A DNA stretch of 64,000 bases from Heteronotia binoei (Eukaryota): contig NC_083232.1 in the NCBI RefSeq assembly GCF_032191835.1, forward strand, positions 56,854,001 to 56,918,000, given 5' to 3'. Each line of letters opens with the position of its first letter. Position 1 is the stretch's first letter. Below the pieces are notes generated by a model, which saw nothing but the letters and a program-made list of their open reading frames with translations, did no database searches and was not told the DNA's origin. Positions 60,731 to 64,000 of this stretch are shown piece by piece. The translations under genes were made by a program, and so were the position numbers.

Positions 60731-60942
60731 TGGATTGGAAATCTTGGCCACAGCTTGGAGCTATACAGACACTGACACTTTTTGAACACACATGCACAGT
60801 TAAGCACAAGCGAGTGCAACACAGAGGGGGAACATGGGGGCTAAACAGGACGGGGGGGGGTAAGAGAAGGGTGGGAAGGAGATCTCTCTCCTGGCCCATT
60901 TTCTGTATGTGTGTGTAGCCCCCCCCCCCCTTTTACAGTTAC

Positions 60943-60950
60943 TTCAAGTA
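60943..60950 (-). promoter_or_regulatory. miR-26 8mer site, HOXA5 3'UTR
   Basis: Minus strand TACTTGAA. Confidence 0.55.
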
Positions 60951-61297
60951 ACACGACTCGCTTCATATAAATAAGTTAAAACATCTACATTTTTTCCCCA
61001 AGACAAAGCCATTCAAGACAAAGAAATGCACGGGGGAAGCAGATCTACTGGTAACGCGCGCTAGGGAGGCTCAATTAAACAGGCTCATGATTAAAAGATG
61101 ACGGGGAGCTCTCTTCGGCCGAAGCCTTCCGGGGAAGTTGGGGGCAAGTCAACGTAAAAGGGAAAGAGAGAGAGAGAGAGAGATCGACTCCTGCCATTCC
61201 ACGCAGGGTCAGCTCGTGTAATAATACTGCTCAGTACTTGGCTTCCACCCGTCCTGCCTCCCTTTCCGGGGAGGAAGCAGCCGGGCTGGGGTGGCTC

Positions 61298-61657
<360 letters not shown>

Positions 61658-61991
61658 TTATTTGCGTTTACTTGGAGAAATGCTCAACAAGTACCTCCCT
61701 TCCCCCCCCCCCCAGCCGTCCCAGCCCCCTTTTCTTTCCTGAAATAATATTCAGCATCGTGAAGCTGAAACTTCCCCCCACCCCCACCCCCGGCATCATG
61801 TGCTGCTGGATTTCAGTCCAGAGAGGCAACTAAGGCAAAGAGCAGGCAGAGCTTCCTTCCTCAAACCCTTTAGACATGGCTACTGGAGAGTAAGAGCCCT
61901 ATAATTTCGAGGGACTGCTTTCCTGACAGTGTGCGGATTTTTTGGACCTGAGGTTTCTTGACTGCATATTAGACCAGGTCACAAAAGGAAA

Positions 61992-62028
<37 letters not shown>

Positions 62029-62659
62029 AACACACACACCCCCAAGCACCATTCCCAAGCCCAAAGCGAAGGCAGACTTTGGGCGGAAGTCAAAATCGGT
62101 GAGAGTGACTTCCAAATTCGTGGGGACTGCAGAGCTTTTCCCCTCCCCCGCACCTCAGCTGTCTCTGTTGAAGTTTCCTTCTTCGACTTCCTTTCCTCCC
62201 AGAGAAATCCACCCCCAACACACACACGCACGCACACACACTCACTCTCTGTATTTGCTCAACTTCTTTTTTGATATAATTAGTAACGCTGTTTTTCACT
62301 GGACCGTCCTCTTCATAAATTATAGACGGCTGACACTCACTATTCAGGTCCCTCTTTCTCTCGCCCCACCATTTCAAGGGCACCTCTTACAGCCCTGGAG
62401 TCTTGGAGGAGTTTTCAGAAGGGGCTGGCTCGCCCTGCCTTGGACAGCGCAGCTCTTTCCAGGAGGCACCAGTGGGTCGCCCCAGATCGAATCCCCCCCC
62501 ACCCAGAGACCACCCGGCCGCCCCAACCCCCCCTCCTATTCCCAGCCCGCCGGCCAGGAGCTTTGCAGGCAGCTCTCCAGCCGAACCCAGTTTCCCCTTC
62601 GCAAGCCACCCCCCCCCCACCCCCTCCGCCGCCGAGACAGGATCCGGGCGTGCTTTTAC

Positions 62660-62855
62660 CATGGCTTATGTGCAGTTTCCTCATCCAGGGGTAGATCTGG
62701 GGCTGTGGAGGCTGCTGGGCGGTGCTTTGGTCGTTCTGCTGGGGGTTCGCCTGCTCGCTGCCGGCCGGGGCGTCGTCTTCGGTGCCAGGCGACGTGCTGA
62801 GCCCGTCTCTGCCTAGGTGGGTGTTGCCAGAGCTGCTGCCGGTGGTGGTGGTGGG

Positions 62856-62889
<34 letters not shown>

Positions 62890-63320
62890 GAAGCGGACGA
62901 AGTGCTGCTGGCTGAGTTGGCGGCGGAGTTTTTCACGCCGCCGTGGTGAGCGTCGTCGCTGACAGGCGAGGTGGCCACGGCGGCGCAGGGCAGAGGGTCA
63001 GGCGGCGGCGAGTGAGTCGACGTGGCCGCGGCCGCCGCCCGGTTGGCGTACCTGGCCTCGGGGGCGGCGGAGGTGCTGTTGGAGGGGTAGCTGGTGCGCG
63101 CCCTCTCCGTGCCCCCTCCTGCCGCGAAGTGGCTGCCAGCCGAGCGGCCAACGCTGAGATCCATGCCATTGTAGCCGTAGCCGTACCTGCCCGAATGCAT
63201 GCTGCTGGCGGGTTCTCGGAATTGCTCGCTCACGGCACTAGGATCTCCATAATTATGTAACGGGTAGTCCGGGCCATTTGGATAGCGACCGCAAAATGAG
63301 TTTACAAAATAAGAGCTCAT
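62660..63320 (-). CDS. HOXA5: HOXA5 coding exon 1
   Basis: [19 protein letters not shown] from ATG at 63320; hexapeptide [12 protein letters not shown]; donor CATG|GTAAAA at 62660/62659 (phase 1). Confidence 0.97.
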
Positions 63321-63356
63321 TTGTTTTTTGATCGGGGGGCTTGATTTGTGGCTCTT

Positions 63357-63552
63357 NNNNNNNNNNNNNNNNNNNNNNNNNNNNNNNNNNNNNNNNNNNN
63401 NNNNNNNNNNNNNNNNNNNNNNNNNNNNNNNNNNNNNNNNNNNNNNNNNNNNNNNNNNNNNNNNNNNNNNNNNNNNNNNNNNNNNNNNNNNNNNNNNNNN
63501 NNNNNNNNNNNNNNNNNNNNNNNNNNNNNNNNNNNNNNNNNNNNNNNNNNNN
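63357..63552. other. Assembly gap over the HOXA5 leader/promoter
   Basis: Run of N starting 36 nt upstream of the HOXA5 ATG. Confidence 0.99.
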
Positions 63553-64000
63553 AGTTGGGTGGATGCTGGAGCGCCGGGGCGCGTGCCCGCTGCGCGAACC
63601 CGCCGCCAGCTCCGGAGTGTCAGTCGGCCTCGTGCGCCACCCTCTGGAGACAAGCTAGATCTTCACCCTTCCCAGCCAGAGGCTGCAGCAGGGCTGGGGT
63701 CGAATCGAGGTTACAGACCATTATAGCAAAATTATGGCATCTCTCGCACAGTTCCATTAGTATGTACCAATTGTTAAGGGCTATCGGCTCCAGATCACAA
63801 AACCGGCAAGAATGCAGAAGCGAAGGGGGGAATATATCCATCCTTTGTTTTCAATACGATTTCTTCCTAAACCTTTCATGCTGCTTTTTTTTTTTTTTTG
63901 GTCATTTCTAGTCTGCTACAGATTGTAAATTCCAAGCAAAATAACTTTAGCTTAAAAAAAAAAACCTTAAGGATTTTTTTCAGGGGGCCCGGGGGAGGGG

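Overview
Vertebrate genomic DNA containing the anterior half of a HoxA cluster: HOXA1, HOXA2, HOXA3, HOXA4 and HOXA5, all on the minus strand. Each has two coding exons, and I reconstructed the splice junctions by hand (GT-AG, all phase 1, all giving open frames). The repeat content (5S/Sauria-type SINE, Penelope-like terminal fragments, short palindromic MITEs inside the cluster) points to a squamate, probably a gecko; this is inference. Recognisable regulatory elements: four co-oriented DR5 retinoic-acid response elements, Hox/Pbx/Meis sites, the HOXA2 intronic and exonic enhancer motifs, the HOXA4 intron HB-1 block, a probable HOTAIRM1 orthologue on the plus strand, and miRNA seed sites in the 3'UTRs. 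Four N gaps are present, two of them over the HOXA2 and HOXA5 promoter/leader regions. No new protein-coding gene was found. The best leads are post-transcriptional: upstream ATGs or overlapping uORFs on HOXA1, HOXA2 and HOXA3; a distant HOXA3 leader exon 31 kb upstream; apparent splice-donor turnover for a homeodomain-less HOXA1 isoform; miR-130/301 sites in four of five 3'UTRs; and fold-back Penelope-like insertions near HOXA4. Comparisons to human or mouse sequences are from memory and need alignment to confirm.
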